This document shows, one piece after another, positions 16,323-25,988 of a stretch of 64,000 bases of DNA (position 1 is the stretch's first letter; every line of letters starts with the position of its first letter). Origin of the DNA: Patescibacteria group bacterium. Lineage in GTDB: Bacteria; Patescibacteriota; Patescibacteriia; UBA9934; GWF2-40-263. The notes under the pieces are model-generated. The model searched no databases. It was not told where the DNA came from and saw only the letters and a list, made by a program, of their open reading frames with translations. The DNA lies in the NCBI GenBank assembly GCA_004297215.1, contig SCUM01000001.1, forward strand, positions 417,181 through 481,180, written 5' to 3'. A program made the translations under genes and the position numbers.

Positions 16323-16748
16323 GTGAAAGAAGTGACCGATCTTTCGAAGGTGCGGCACGCGCGGCTCATGGCGTCGTGCAGCAGGCGGCTGGTGAAGGTC
16401 AGCGATCCCGTGGAGGAACGGAAGGAACGGACGCATGGCGTACGCATCGTCCTGACCTTCCGCGAGCTGACGTTCCTCCCCTATCCGTTCCTGCGCGAGC
16501 TGACCATGCTGCTGGTGGATCCGGCGCTGCACCCGAGGATGCTCTGGCGGGCGAAGCTGCTGCTTCCCGACCTCAGCGACTATGCCGATGCGGGAGGGCA
16601 GCGCGCGGTGACGCTTCGGACCCATGGGACGCCTGAGCCGCGACGGCTCACGCTCCACGGCATGGTGGTGCTCACCGCGGGCGACCGCGAACTCCTGTCG
16701 TGCCGGGCGACCGCGCGCAAGATCGCGCGCGGCAACGCCGGCCGCTGA
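16323..16748 (+). CDS. hypothetical protein
   Basis: Putative GTG start preceded by AAGAGG 5 nt upstream. The ORF track starts earlier with TTG at 16299. Confidence 0.4.
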   Translation: MKEVTDLSKVRHARLMASCSRRLVKVSDPVEERKERTHGVRIVLTFRELTFLPYPFLRELTMLLVDPALHPRMLWRAKLLLPDLSDYADAGGQRAVTLRTHGTPEPRRLTLHGMVVLTAGDRELLSCRATARKIARGNAGR

Positions 16749-16749
16749 C

Positions 16750-16776
16750 TCCGAGAACCTCGGAGTTTTTTCTTTC
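16750..16776 (+). terminator. rho-independent terminator
   Basis: CTCCGAGaacCTCGGAGtttttt directly after the stop at 16748. Confidence 0.5.
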
Positions 16777-16809
16777 CCGTGGTAGAATGGGGGAAATTAT
16801 CCCCACCCT

Positions 16810-17712
16810 ATGGCACGAGGAGACAGCAGCGCGGCGCGCGTCGAACGCGCGGAACCAAGCGTGAAGGCGAGGCGCGAACAGCCGCCGCCGCTCAAGCCGG
16901 CGCTCGAGCGCCAGCGCGCCCTCAAGCTCCTGAAACGGGAATCGGAGGGGACGGACAAGAAAGCGCTCGAGGAGGCGCGGGCGAAGATCGAGACCGTCAC
17001 CAGGACTCCCGCCCAGGATACGCGCCGGATGAGCGCGAGGGCGGCAAAAGAGATGGACCGGCTCACCCAAGCGCGGGCAGAGCTCGCGCGCCTCGCAGAA
17101 AAGACGGAAGGAGGCGCGGGAAACGCCGCCAAGGACCAGGTCATCGCCCAAACGACGGCGGACAAGGATCGGGCGATTGCGGTTTCCGCCAAACGCCTGC
17201 TTGAGAACTTTTCCGACGAGCTCACGGCCGCGGAACAGGATGATTTCAAGGAGATCGTGAGGGCCTGGAACGCGCGGGAAACGGCGGCAAAGAAGGAAAC
17301 GGCGGCAAAAAGGGAGGCTTCGAAGCCGTATGCCCCTTCGCAACAGGACCGCGTCATGATGCTCGGCAACGAGATTGAGGACCTAAAGGAAGGGATGTCC
17401 GGTCCGGGCCTCAAGCAAGTGCGCGAAGAACTCGAGGATCTCGGCGTGAACCCGGACGTGGTGCGCATATCGCGCTGGAAACGATTCGCCACCGGCGCGC
17501 GGGCCCTGTTCAAGCCCCGCATCACCAAGCTGATGGCGGACTACCAGGACCTGCTCGACGACGTGGAGCGCAAGCAACGGGCCTTGGACGAGCTCACGCG
17601 CAAGGAACCCAGCAAGGAACAGCTCGCCCATCACCGGGAGACCGTCCGTGGACGACGAGACACGGCGCGTCAGAATCGGGCCCAAGAGTTCAAAGGACGC
17701 AAGGGGTTATAA
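16810..17712 (+). CDS. hypothetical coiled-coil protein (300 aa)
   Basis: K/E/R/A-rich helical protein. Similar character to the 15170-16237 product. Confidence 0.5.
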   Translation: MARGDSSAARVERAEPSVKARREQPPPLKPALERQRALKLLKRESEGTDKKALEEARAKIETVTRTPAQDTRRMSARAAKEMDRLTQARAELARLAEKTEGGAGNAAKDQVIAQTTADKDRAIAVSAKRLLENFSDELTAAEQDDFKEIVRAWNARETAAKKETAAKREASKPYAPSQQDRVMMLGNEIEDLKEGMSGPGLKQVREELEDLGVNPDVVRISRWKRFATGARALFKPRITKLMADYQDLLDDVERKQRALDELTRKEPSKEQLAHHRETVRGRRDTARQNRAQEFKGRKGL

Positions 17713-17716
17713 GAAA

Positions 17717-17746
17717 ACAGGGCCTCACGGCCCTGTTTTCGTTTCG
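17717..17746. terminator. bidirectional terminator between the 16810 ORF and thrS
   Basis: aaaaCAGGGCCtcacGGCCCTGttttcg. Confidence 0.5.
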
Positions 17747-17752
17747 CAATCC

Positions 17753-19549
17753 TTACGCCGGCATCCTGGCCGCGTCCGTCGCGCGCGCCACGAGTTCGGC
17801 CTGCGGCATGGCGAGCGCCTCCTCCGAGCCGAACACCTTAGCCTGCAGGTCGCCGCCTTCCGCTTCCTTCCCTCCGACGACGATCGTCCATGGCACCTTC
17901 ATCAGGGCCGCGTTGCGGATCTTCTTGCCGAGCTTCTCGTCGGAGGCGTCCACCTCCACGCGGATGCCGGCCTCGGACAGGTCGCCCGCGAGCTTCTTCG
18001 CGTGCGCCACGTGGTCCTCGCCCACGGAAGCGAGGCGCACCTGCACCGGGGCGAGCCACATCGGGAACGCGCCCGCGTAGTGTTCGATGATGACGCCGAG
18101 GAACCGCTCGACGGAACCCAGGATGGCGCGATGCACCATCACGGGGCGCTTTTTCGTCCCGTCGGAATCCGCGTATTCGAGCTCGAACCGCTCCGGCTGG
18201 TTGAAGTCGAGCTGCGCGGTGGCGAGCTGCCACGTGCGGCCGATCGCGTCGGTCGCCATGAAATCGATCTTCGGGCCGTAGAACGCCGCCTCGCCCACGC
18301 CCACCTCGTAGGCCTTCCCCATCTCCTTCAGGAGGCCTTCGAGCGCCCCTTCCGCCTGCTGCCACAATTCCGGCGAACCGAGATACTTCTCCGGCTTCTC
18401 CGGATCATGCACGGAAAGCTGGATGGAGAGCGACATGTCGAACGCCTTATAGAACCCCTCCACGATCTTCGCGATGTCCGTGAGTTCGTCCTTCACCTGC
18501 TCCGGCGTGCAGAAGATGTGCGCGTCGTCCTGCGTGATGCAGCGCACGCGCGTGAGGCCGGCGAGCTGCCCGGTATTCTCGTCGCGGTACACGGTGGTGT
18601 TTTCCGCGAAACGCACCGGCAGGTCGCGGTAGCTGCGCGGGGAGCTCGCGTAGATCTGCGCGTGGTGCGGGCAGTTCATCGGCTTCAGCACGAACGGCTC
18701 GTCGGTCTTCTTGCTGGTGACATGGAAGATGTCATCCTGGAACTTGTCCCAGTGGCCGCTGGTCTTATACAGGTCGGCCTTGGCCAGATGCGGGATCCAG
18801 ACGCGTTCATAGCCGTACTGGCGGTTGAACGACCAGACGAATTCCTCGAGCGCGCGGCGCATGGAGGCACCCTTGGGGGTGAACAGCGGGAGGCCCGGGC
18901 CCACGAGCGGCGAATAGGCGAACAGCCCGAGCTCGGCGCCGAGCTTGCGGTGGTCGCGCTTCTTGGCCTCCTCAAGCATCGTCAGGTACGCGTCGAGTTC
19001 CTTCTTCGACGCGAACAGCACGCCGTACACGCGAGTCATCTGCGGGTTCTTCTCGTCCCCGCGCCAGTACGCGCCCGAGACCTTGGTGAGCTTGAACGCG
19101 TCGCTCACTTCGGACGCCTTCGCCACATGCGGGCCGCGGCACAGGTCCACGAAACTGCCGGTGTGATACAGGCTTGCCATGTCCGCGCCTCCTCCGACGT
19201 CCTGCATCTCTTCCGGACGGATCTTCGTCGTTCCCTTCTCCTTCAAGTCTGACAGGAGCGACACCTTGAAGTCCTGGCCGGCCTTCTTGAAGAACGCGAT
19301 GGCCGCTTCGATGGGCATCTCCTCGCGGCGGAACGCGTCGTCGCGCGCGACGATCTCGCGCATCTTCGCCTCGATCGCCGCCAGGTCTTCCTCGGAAATA
19401 GCACGCGGCAGCGACAGGTCGTAGAAAAACCCGTCGTCGATGACCGGCCCCACCCCGAGCTTCACTCCCGGGTACAGTTCCGTGACCGCGGCCGCGAGCA
19501 CGTGCGCCCCGGAGTGGCGCATGGCGAAGAGCTTATCCTGTTCGTTCAT
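17753..19549 (-). CDS. thrS: threonine--tRNA ligase
   Basis: 598 aa. Class II aaRS motifs and C-terminal anticodon-binding domain. HSGAHVLAAAV editing-domain start. Confidence 0.95.
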   Translation of the reverse strand: MNEQDKLFAMRHSGAHVLAAAVTELYPGVKLGVGPVIDDGFFYDLSLPRAISEEDLAAIEAKMREIVARDDAFRREEMPIEAAIAFFKKAGQDFKVSLLSDLKEKGTTKIRPEEMQDVGGGADMASLYHTGSFVDLCRGPHVAKASEVSDAFKLTKVSGAYWRGDEKNPQMTRVYGVLFASKKELDAYLTMLEEAKKRDHRKLGAELGLFAYSPLVGPGLPLFTPKGASMRRALEEFVWSFNRQYGYERVWIPHLAKADLYKTSGHWDKFQDDIFHVTSKKTDEPFVLKPMNCPHHAQIYASSPRSYRDLPVRFAENTTVYRDENTGQLAGLTRVRCITQDDAHIFCTPEQVKDELTDIAKIVEGFYKAFDMSLSIQLSVHDPEKPEKYLGSPELWQQAEGALEGLLKEMGKAYEVGVGEAAFYGPKIDFMATDAIGRTWQLATAQLDFNQPERFELEYADSDGTKKRPVMVHRAILGSVERFLGVIIEHYAGAFPMWLAPVQVRLASVGEDHVAHAKKLAGDLSEAGIRVEVDASDEKLGKKIRNAALMKVPWTIVVGGKEAEGGDLQAKVFGSEEALAMPQAELVARATDAARMPA

Positions 19550-19593
19550 AGCGGGAATTTCGGAGAAAAAAGCATGGGTAGCGTACTTGAAAC

Positions 19594-19689
19594 GGTCGGA
19601 AGGGTCAAAAGGGTTTGAAGGGTGAAGGAAACAGCCGGCATATGCCGGCTGACCTACACTCTTAACGACCCTTCAAACCCTTCAAACCC
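19594..19689. repeat. composite palindromic element: (GAAGGGTNN)n array, catatg hairpin, (ACCCTTCAA)n array
   Basis: gtcggaagggtcaaaagggtttgaagggtgaagg...CAGCCGGCATATGCCGGCTG...acccttcaaacccttcaaaccc. Same architecture recurs at 42845, 43821 and 51653. Confidence 0.8.
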
Positions 19690-20868
19690 TCATTCCACTT
19701 CCACGATCACGTGGTCGGGAAGGCGCGGGGCCTTGCGGATGAAGGGCGGGAAGAATTCCACGGTCACCTCCTCGGCGATCCCTTCCCCGACCAGCAGGGC
19801 GCGGATCTGGTCCGCGGTCTTGCCCGTGAACCGGCTCGGGGCGAGCGCGGAACTGTTGGTGGACGGGACCGAGGTGCCGTCGAGATACACCTTTACCGTG
19901 GCCGTCTCGCCCTTGAGGTCGGCTTTCTCGACCGAGGTCTGCAGCGCCTCGAGGTTGACGTCGTGGAATTCACGGCCGGGCTTCAGCTGTTCGTACAGCT
20001 TGCGCTCAGCAAGGTTGCCGGCCCCTTGGCGGTCGTAGAAGGCGCCGATCACCTTCACGTCGAGCGTCAGGTCGAAACGGTCCGTCTCGGTCCCCGGCTC
20101 CACTGACGCCTTCTTGCCGGTCACTTCCACGGCGAACGATTCGCCAGTGAACACCGTGCCGGCCTGCGTGCGCAACGCGGCCTTCGCGTCCGCGGCGACC
20201 TGTTCCTTGAGCTCGGTCTCCGCCCGCGCGATGTCCTCGGCGGAAACCACCGACACGGTCCTGGTCCCGCCCGTGAACGGGCCTTTGGTCTGCGCGTAGA
20301 TGAGCGACTGCAGGGAAGACGGGAGCCCGGGAATGGTGAACGTCGCCTCCTGGACGTCGAAGGTGCCGCCGGTCTGGTCGGCGTACGCCGGGGCGTCCAC
20401 GCTGCCGCCCGCCGGGACCGTGACCTGCGCGTCGATGCGGTACAGCTTGCCGTCGGGGGTGAGCAGGCGCGTGGTCTTCACGAGCGTCTGCGAGCTCCCG
20501 GTCTTGTTGAACAGGGTGACCGTGCCGCGCGAGGTGCCCACGACCTCCTTGCCGGCGCCGGCCGGCTTGAAGGAGCTCGTGCGCGACAGGCTCGTGGCAA
20601 GCACGCGTCCGCGGATCTCGTTCTCGCGCGTGGGCGTCTTCACTACGTCCAGGATGAGGTCGGCCTTGACCGTCTCCCCCACCGGCTTCACGCGGATGCG
20701 CGCCTCCACGGTGGAGACGTACAGCACGACCGCGAGCACGACGCCCACGAGCACGACGAAGGTGAGGGCGATGCGCCGGTACAGCTTGAGCGAGTGCATG
20801 TGGGACGGAAGCGCTTCCTCCTCGAGGACGCGCTTGCCGCCCCGGGCCGGTTTGGCTTTGGGAGACAT
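19690..20868 (-). CDS. hypothetical membrane-anchored exported protein
   Basis: 392 aa from MSPKAKP. N-terminal TM helix (IALTFVVLVGVVLAVVLYV) then a T/G/S-rich beta-rich ectodomain. Confidence 0.5.
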   Translation of the reverse strand: MSPKAKPARGGKRVLEEEALPSHMHSLKLYRRIALTFVVLVGVVLAVVLYVSTVEARIRVKPVGETVKADLILDVVKTPTRENEIRGRVLATSLSRTSSFKPAGAGKEVVGTSRGTVTLFNKTGSSQTLVKTTRLLTPDGKLYRIDAQVTVPAGGSVDAPAYADQTGGTFDVQEATFTIPGLPSSLQSLIYAQTKGPFTGGTRTVSVVSAEDIARAETELKEQVAADAKAALRTQAGTVFTGESFAVEVTGKKASVEPGTETDRFDLTLDVKVIGAFYDRQGAGNLAERKLYEQLKPGREFHDVNLEALQTSVEKADLKGETATVKVYLDGTSVPSTNSSALAPSRFTGKTADQIRALLVGEGIAEEVTVEFFPPFIRKAPRLPDHVIVEVE

Positions 20869-20899
20869 GGCGTGGGGGTCAATTGTCCACAGGATAGCA

Positions 20900-23800
20900 C
20901 TAAACCGCCTCCCGCACCACGTTCTGGCGGCCGACAAGCTGCGCGAGGCTCCCCACGAGGTCGTCCGTGACCGTCACGCAGTAGTCGGTTTCCACCCGCC
21001 GCACCCCGCCGCCGGCTTCCACGAGGAAACAGACCCGCTCCGTCCCCGGGCTCGCTTGGATGATCTCGCGCAGGGCGGCGACCATCTCCTGGTCCGGCTT
21101 CCCGCGCAGCGCGATGGAAAGCGACCCGCGATGCAGCAGCGCCGTCTTCACCTCCTCCATCCCCCCTCCAAATACCGGCCGCATCTTCTTTTCTTCCCCT
21201 TCCGACCCTTTCGACCCTTCAAACCCTTCCGACCCTCTTTCTGCCACCCACATCCCCCGCTCCAACATCTGCGCAAGGCTCGCGGCCTCCCCTTCTTTCA
21301 CCACGATGAAGGAATTGGCGAGGAGCTTCCCTTCCTCCCCGTCGCGCTTTCCCACCTTGGCGGACACGAGGATCACCTGGTCGGGTGCTAGGATCGCCTT
21401 GAACTCGGCCCAGGTGCGCGGGAACACGATCGCTTCGCACTTGCCGCCCATGTCCTCGATCCCCACGAACGCCATGGCCTCCCCTTTCTTCGTCATGATC
21501 TCCTTCACGCTCGTGACGAGCCCGCCGCAGCGGGCGAACGCGCCGTCGGCCATGCCGGCGACCGAAACGCACGGCACGAGCAGCGCCCCCATCGTCTTCG
21601 CGACCTCCGCGTACGGATGCGCCGACACGTACAGGCCGAGCAGCTCCTTCTCCCAGGCCAGGATCTCCCGCATGGTGGCGGGGGCGGCGGGCCGCAGGGT
21701 GAGCGCTTCGGCCATGGCGCTGGGCGCACCGGCGAACAGCGACCCCTGGTTGGCGCTGCGCTCGCGCTCGCTCGTCTTGTTGAGCATCAGGATGCGGTCC
21801 ACGTTCACGAGGAGCCGCTTGCGCTCCCCGAGCCGGTCCATGGCCCCCGACATGATGAGCGCCTCGAGCGACTTCTTGTTGAACGCGCGGTGGGTGACGC
21901 GCTTGGCGAAATCCGCCAGGTCCTTGAAGGCGCCGTTCGATTTCCGTTCCCCGATGATGGACGCGATCACTTCCTCTCCGAGGTTCTTGATGGCCACCAA
22001 GCCGAAGCGGATCGTCTTGTCATCGACGTACGTGAAGGTGGACAGCGACTCGTTGAGGTCGGGCGAGAGCACCTCGATCCCCATGCGCTTGCACTCCTTC
22101 ACCGCCTCGGCCACCGTCTCGAGGTCGGCGCATTCGGCGGTCATGAGCGCGGTCATGTACTCGGCCGGGTAGTTGGCCTTCATGTACGCGGTGTCGTAGG
22201 CGATCATGCCGTAACTCGCCGCATGCGCCTTGTTGAACCCGTACGCCGCGAACGGCTCGATGAGCTTCCACAGCTCCTGCGCCTTCTTCTCGGACAGGCC
22301 GTTTTGCACGAACCCCTTGAGGAGCTTTTCCTTCTGCGCGGCCATCTCTTCGGGAATCTTCTTTCCCATCGCCTTGCGCAGCTTGTCGGCCTCGAGCCAC
22401 GAGTAGCCCCCCAGCTTGATGGCGATGAGCATCACGTCGTCCTGGTACACGATCACCCCGTAGCTCTGGTCGAGGATCTCCTCCATGCGCGGATCGAGGA
22501 AGGTCACGAGCGACGGGTCGTGCTTGCGGCGGATGTATTCGGGGATGGACTCGATGGGGCCCGGGCGGTAGAGCGCCACCATGGCCATGATGTCCTCGAT
22601 GCGCTTGGGCTTGAGGTCCGTCAGGTACTTGGTGAGTCCGTCGCCGTTCAGCTGGAAGGTCCCCATCGTCTTTCCGTCGGCGAGCAGTTCGAACGTCTTC
22701 GCGTCGTCCACGGGAATCTCCTCGAGCACGATGTCGATGTCCTTGGTGATCTTCACCAGCCTGATGGCGTCTCCGAGGATCGACAGGTTGCGGATGCCGA
22801 GGAAGTCCATCTTGAGGAGCCCGGCCGCTTCCACCGCCTTCATCTCGTACTGCGTGATCACCTTGCCCTCGCGCGTATCGACCTGCAGCGGGGTGTAATC
22901 GGTGAGCGCGGTGGGCGAGATCACGGTGCCGGCCGCATGGATGGACACGTGGCGCCCGCACCCTTCGATCTGCCGCGCGAGGTCGAGGATGCGACGCACC
23001 TGGGAGTTAGTGTCGTAGAGCTTCTTGAGATCCGGCGCCTCCTCGAGCGCGCGCTCGAGCGTCATGGGGAACCCCTGGCTCCCCTCGGGCACCAGCTTCG
23101 CGATCGCGTCCACGAACGCGTAGGTCTCGCCTAGCGCCCGGCCCACGTCGCGCACGGAGCCCTTGGCGAGCATCGTCCCGAACGTGCAGATCTGCGCCAC
23201 CTTGTCGGCCCCGTACTTGCCGCGCACGTACTCGAGCACCTCGTCGCGGCGGTTGTCCGCGAAGTCGGCGTCCACGTCGGGCGCGCTTGGGCGCTCCGGG
23301 TTCAGGAACCGCTCGAACGGCAGCTTGTACGTGAGCGGGTTCACGGTGGAGATGCCGATCGCGAAGCTCACGAGCGACCCTGCCGCCGAACCGCGGGTCG
23401 TCGTCACGATCCCGTTCTTGCGACTCCACTCGATGTAGTCGGACACGATGAGGAAGTAGGGCGCGAACCCCTTCTGGGCGATGACGGAAAGCTCGTAGTC
23501 GATGCGCTTGGCCACCGCCTCGTCGACGGCGACGCCCTTCCCGACGATCTCCGCGTACGCGCGCTCGCGCAGCACCTGGTCGAAGGTCTTCCCCTCGGGG
23601 ATCTTGAAGTCCGCGAAATTCCATTTGCCCAGGTCGAGCGTGACGACGCAGCGGTCGGCGATCAGCCGCGTGTTCTCGATCGCCTCCGGGCAGTCCGAGA
23701 AGCGGTCCTCCATGTATTCCCCGCTCACCATGGACGCGTCGTAGTCGTACTGCGCGAGGCGCTCGAAATCCTCAAGCGTCTTCTGTCCCTTGATGCAGTT

Positions 23801-24484
23801 GAGGATCTTCCAGGCCTCCACGTCGCCGGGCTTCAGGTAGAACGTGTTCTTCGTCGCGACGACCGGAACGTTCAACTCCCGCCCGAGCTGGATCATCTGC
23901 GCGTTCACCGCCTCCTGCTCCGGGATCTCCGGGCGGTCCACCAGCTCCAGGAAGAAATTCCCTTCGCTGAAGATCGAAACGTATTCCTTGATGAGGAGGA
24001 CGGCCTTCTCCTTGTTGTGTTCTTTCAGTGCTTCTTCGATCTCCCCCATGTGGCCGCCCGAAAGAGCAATGAGCCCCTTCGCATGCGTGCGCAACACTTC
24101 CTTGTCGATGCGCGGCTTGTAATAGAACCCTTCGAGGAACCCGATGGACGAAAGCAGCACGAGGTTGTGATACCCCTCGTTGTTCTCCGCCAAGAGCACC
24201 AACCGGTTCGGCTTCGTGTCGATGCGCGCACGCTTGAGGTGCCGCCCTTCCTTCGCGAGATAGAAGTCCACCCCCAAGATGGGCTTCACCCCCGCCTCCG
24301 TAGCCTTCTGGTAAAACTCCACGGCCCCGTACATCGTCCCGTTGTCCGTGATCGCCACCGCGTCGTGCCCCAGCTTCTGGACGTGCTTCAACAGCGCCTT
24401 CACCTTGGGCAGCGCCTCAAGCAAGGAGTAATGGGAGTGCACGTGCAAATGCACGAATTTGGACTTCTGCCCATCGACCGACAT
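20900..24484 (-). CDS. dnaE: DNA polymerase III subunit alpha
   Basis: PHP domain start FVHLHVHSHYSLLEA. Pol-beta-like palm, fingers and OB-fold regions; ~1194 aa from MSVDGQ. The C-terminal tail contains a 9-mer repeat insertion. Confidence 0.9.
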   Translation of the reverse strand: MSVDGQKSKFVHLHVHSHYSLLEALPKVKALLKHVQKLGHDAVAITDNGTMYGAVEFYQKATEAGVKPILGVDFYLAKEGRHLKRARIDTKPNRLVLLAENNEGYHNLVLLSSIGFLEGFYYKPRIDKEVLRTHAKGLIALSGGHMGEIEEALKEHNKEKAVLLIKEYVSIFSEGNFFLELVDRPEIPEQEAVNAQMIQLGRELNVPVVATKNTFYLKPGDVEAWKILNCIKGQKTLEDFERLAQYDYDASMVSGEYMEDRFSDCPEAIENTRLIADRCVVTLDLGKWNFADFKIPEGKTFDQVLRERAYAEIVGKGVAVDEAVAKRIDYELSVIAQKGFAPYFLIVSDYIEWSRKNGIVTTTRGSAAGSLVSFAIGISTVNPLTYKLPFERFLNPERPSAPDVDADFADNRRDEVLEYVRGKYGADKVAQICTFGTMLAKGSVRDVGRALGETYAFVDAIAKLVPEGSQGFPMTLERALEEAPDLKKLYDTNSQVRRILDLARQIEGCGRHVSIHAAGTVISPTALTDYTPLQVDTREGKVITQYEMKAVEAAGLLKMDFLGIRNLSILGDAIRLVKITKDIDIVLEEIPVDDAKTFELLADGKTMGTFQLNGDGLTKYLTDLKPKRIEDIMAMVALYRPGPIESIPEYIRRKHDPSLVTFLDPRMEEILDQSYGVIVYQDDVMLIAIKLGGYSWLEADKLRKAMGKKIPEEMAAQKEKLLKGFVQNGLSEKKAQELWKLIEPFAAYGFNKAHAASYGMIAYDTAYMKANYPAEYMTALMTAECADLETVAEAVKECKRMGIEVLSPDLNESLSTFTYVDDKTIRFGLVAIKNLGEEVIASIIGERKSNGAFKDLADFAKRVTHRAFNKKSLEALIMSGAMDRLGERKRLLVNVDRILMLNKTSERERSANQGSLFAGAPSAMAEALTLRPAAPATMREILAWEKELLGLYVSAHPYAEVAKTMGALLVPCVSVAGMADGAFARCGGLVTSVKEIMTKKGEAMAFVGIEDMGGKCEAIVFPRTWAEFKAILAPDQVILVSAKVGKRDGEEGKLLANSFIVVKEGEAASLAQMLERGMWVAERGSEGFEGSKGSEGEEKKMRPVFGGGMEEVKTALLHRGSLSIALRGKPDQEMVAALREIIQASPGTERVCFLVEAGGGVRRVETDYCVTVTDDLVGSLAQLVGRQNVVREAV
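21193..21237. repeat. 9-mer array (ACCCTTCNN)n inside the 3' region of dnaE
   Basis: cttccccttccgaccctttcgacccttcaaacccttccgaccctc. Translated (minus strand) as RGSEGFEGSKGSEGEEKK. Confidence 0.8.
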
Positions 24485-24564
24485 GGGGTGAGGGTAACAC
24501 GGGTCCACCCCTTGACCAAGGCCGGTTTTTCCGCAAGAATTCCCCAGTCTCATCGGAGGTCTCC

Positions 24565-25452
24565 ATGGACGACATCCCGACCTTTATCCAAACCATCGCC
24601 GTAGGCGGCGGCGTCGCGCTCGTCGTGATCATGGCCGCTCGGCCGTCGTCGCTGCGCCGCATCGCGGCCTGGCGCATCGGCGGTTTCCATCCGTTCTCCC
24701 CCAACTGGATTACCGCGTGGAGCACGGTCATCACGCTCCTGGCGCTTGTCCCCTACTCCGTGGGAAAGCCGACCCTCGCGGTCGGGCTCGGGGTGTTCGG
24801 CGGACTGCTCGACCGCATCGACGGGAGGAGCGCCGCCGCTTGCGGCAAGACGCTCGACGCTCCGTCGCTGTGGCAGCGGGCCTATCGGCTTCGTCACGGG
24901 GATTACCGCCTCGTGGCGGGCGGACGGACCGCGCAAAAGACGAGGTTCTTCCGAAGGGTGCCCGACACCCGCTTCGGCCGCTGGTGGTTCGAGATGAACT
25001 TCGCCGGCGGCACGGACCTCGGCAAGGTATGGGACCCGTTCCAGGACAAGGTGCGCATCTTCTCCGTGACCGCGTTCTTCGTCTGGTACGGCCAGGTGCC
25101 GCTGTGGCCGGTGCTGGTCCAACTCGTTCCGGAAATCCTCGGCACGCTCCTGCGCCGGCCGTTCGACCTGCTGAAGGCCTACCATCATCCGGACCCGAAG
25201 GCGACCTTCGTGGGCAAATGGAAGACGCTCGCCCAGTGGGGCGTGGTCGTGGCGGCGATCCTCCTTGACCAAGGCTGGCTCGACCCCGCCATGCTCGACA
25301 TGCCGGATGGCCGCTTCCTGCTGGGCAACCTCACGAACTTCGCCACGCTGTTCGCCATCGCGAGCCTCCTATCGCGCCTGCGGTTCGTCCGGCAAAACCG
25401 CGCGCTCGGGAACGCGATCGAGACGCTTGACCGTGGCATGAGCCACGACTGA
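24565..25452 (+). CDS. polytopic membrane protein with weak CDP-alcohol phosphatidyltransferase-like motifs
   Basis: DRIDGRSAAACG ... GKVWDPFQD (G-x3-D-x3-D), but the spacing is far longer than the canonical motif. Confidence 0.4.
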   Translation: MDDIPTFIQTIAVGGGVALVVIMAARPSSLRRIAAWRIGGFHPFSPNWITAWSTVITLLALVPYSVGKPTLAVGLGVFGGLLDRIDGRSAAACGKTLDAPSLWQRAYRLRHGDYRLVAGGRTAQKTRFFRRVPDTRFGRWWFEMNFAGGTDLGKVWDPFQDKVRIFSVTAFFVWYGQVPLWPVLVQLVPEILGTLLRRPFDLLKAYHHPDPKATFVGKWKTLAQWGVVVAAILLDQGWLDPAMLDMPDGRFLLGNLTNFATLFAIASLLSRLRFVRQNRALGNAIETLDRGMSHD

Positions 25453-25544
25453 AACCCCGGCCTGATGTCGGGGTCTTTTTCTGTCTGAAACCGCAAGGGT
25501 TAGGCGTTAGGCCGATGAGTCTGGAGATAAGGCTACACAGACCC

Positions 25545-25968
25545 CCTCATGCTCCCCCTTTCCAAGGGGGAGGTAGCTGGCAGGTGATGTGCAGCCGCGA
25601 AAGGACTTCTTCCGTCGCATCAAGGACCTCATCGTTCATGAATCGGACGACTCGGAAACCGAGATCAGCTAAATAGGCCGTGCGTTCCTCGTCGTGAGCC
25701 ACTCCTTCAGGCGTGAAATGGCTGTCTCCATCCACCTCCACGACCAACTTGAGGGATGAACAATAAAAATCAACGATGTAGGGCCCAATCCCGAACTGGC
25801 GACGAAACTTGAGGCCGCCGACTTGGCGGTTTTGCAGATGCCTCCATAGCTCCTGCTCCGCCTTCGTAGAAGCGTGGCGCAAATCCCTCCTCCGTTCGTT
25901 GAACTCTTGTCTATTCGTGATAGACGGCATACGCGCTATCCTCCCCTTGGAAAGGGGAGGCATGGTGG
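25545..25968. mobile_element. compact DUF559 selfish element bounded by ~30-bp hairpin-forming terminal inverted repeats
   Basis: Left end catgcTCCCCCTTTCCAAGGGGGAGGtagc (25548-25577). Right end gctatcCTCCCCTTGGAAAGGGGAGGcatgg (25935-25965). They are mutual reverse complements with 2-3 mismatches. The TIRs encode the first (MPPLSKGRIA) and last (PPPWKGGA) residues of the ORF. Confidence 0.7.
25547..25963 (-). CDS. DUF559 (Vsr-like endonuclease fold) domain protein
   Basis: 138 aa. VDFYCSSLKLVVEVDGDSHF...RTAYLADLGFRVVRF matches the DUF559 core. Confidence 0.8.
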   Translation of the reverse strand: MPPLSKGRIARMPSITNRQEFNERRRDLRHASTKAEQELWRHLQNRQVGGLKFRRQFGIGPYIVDFYCSSLKLVVEVDGDSHFTPEGVAHDEERTAYLADLGFRVVRFMNDEVLDATEEVLSRLHITCQLPPPWKGGA

Positions 25969-25988
25969 GGTCTGCGAATTCAAACCAC

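Noticed and set aside
14642-16447. 601-aa minus-strand ORF
   Set aside because: Antisense to the K/E-rich coiled-coil gene. Its L/R/F/G-rich composition is the mirror of GAG/AAG codons. No motifs.
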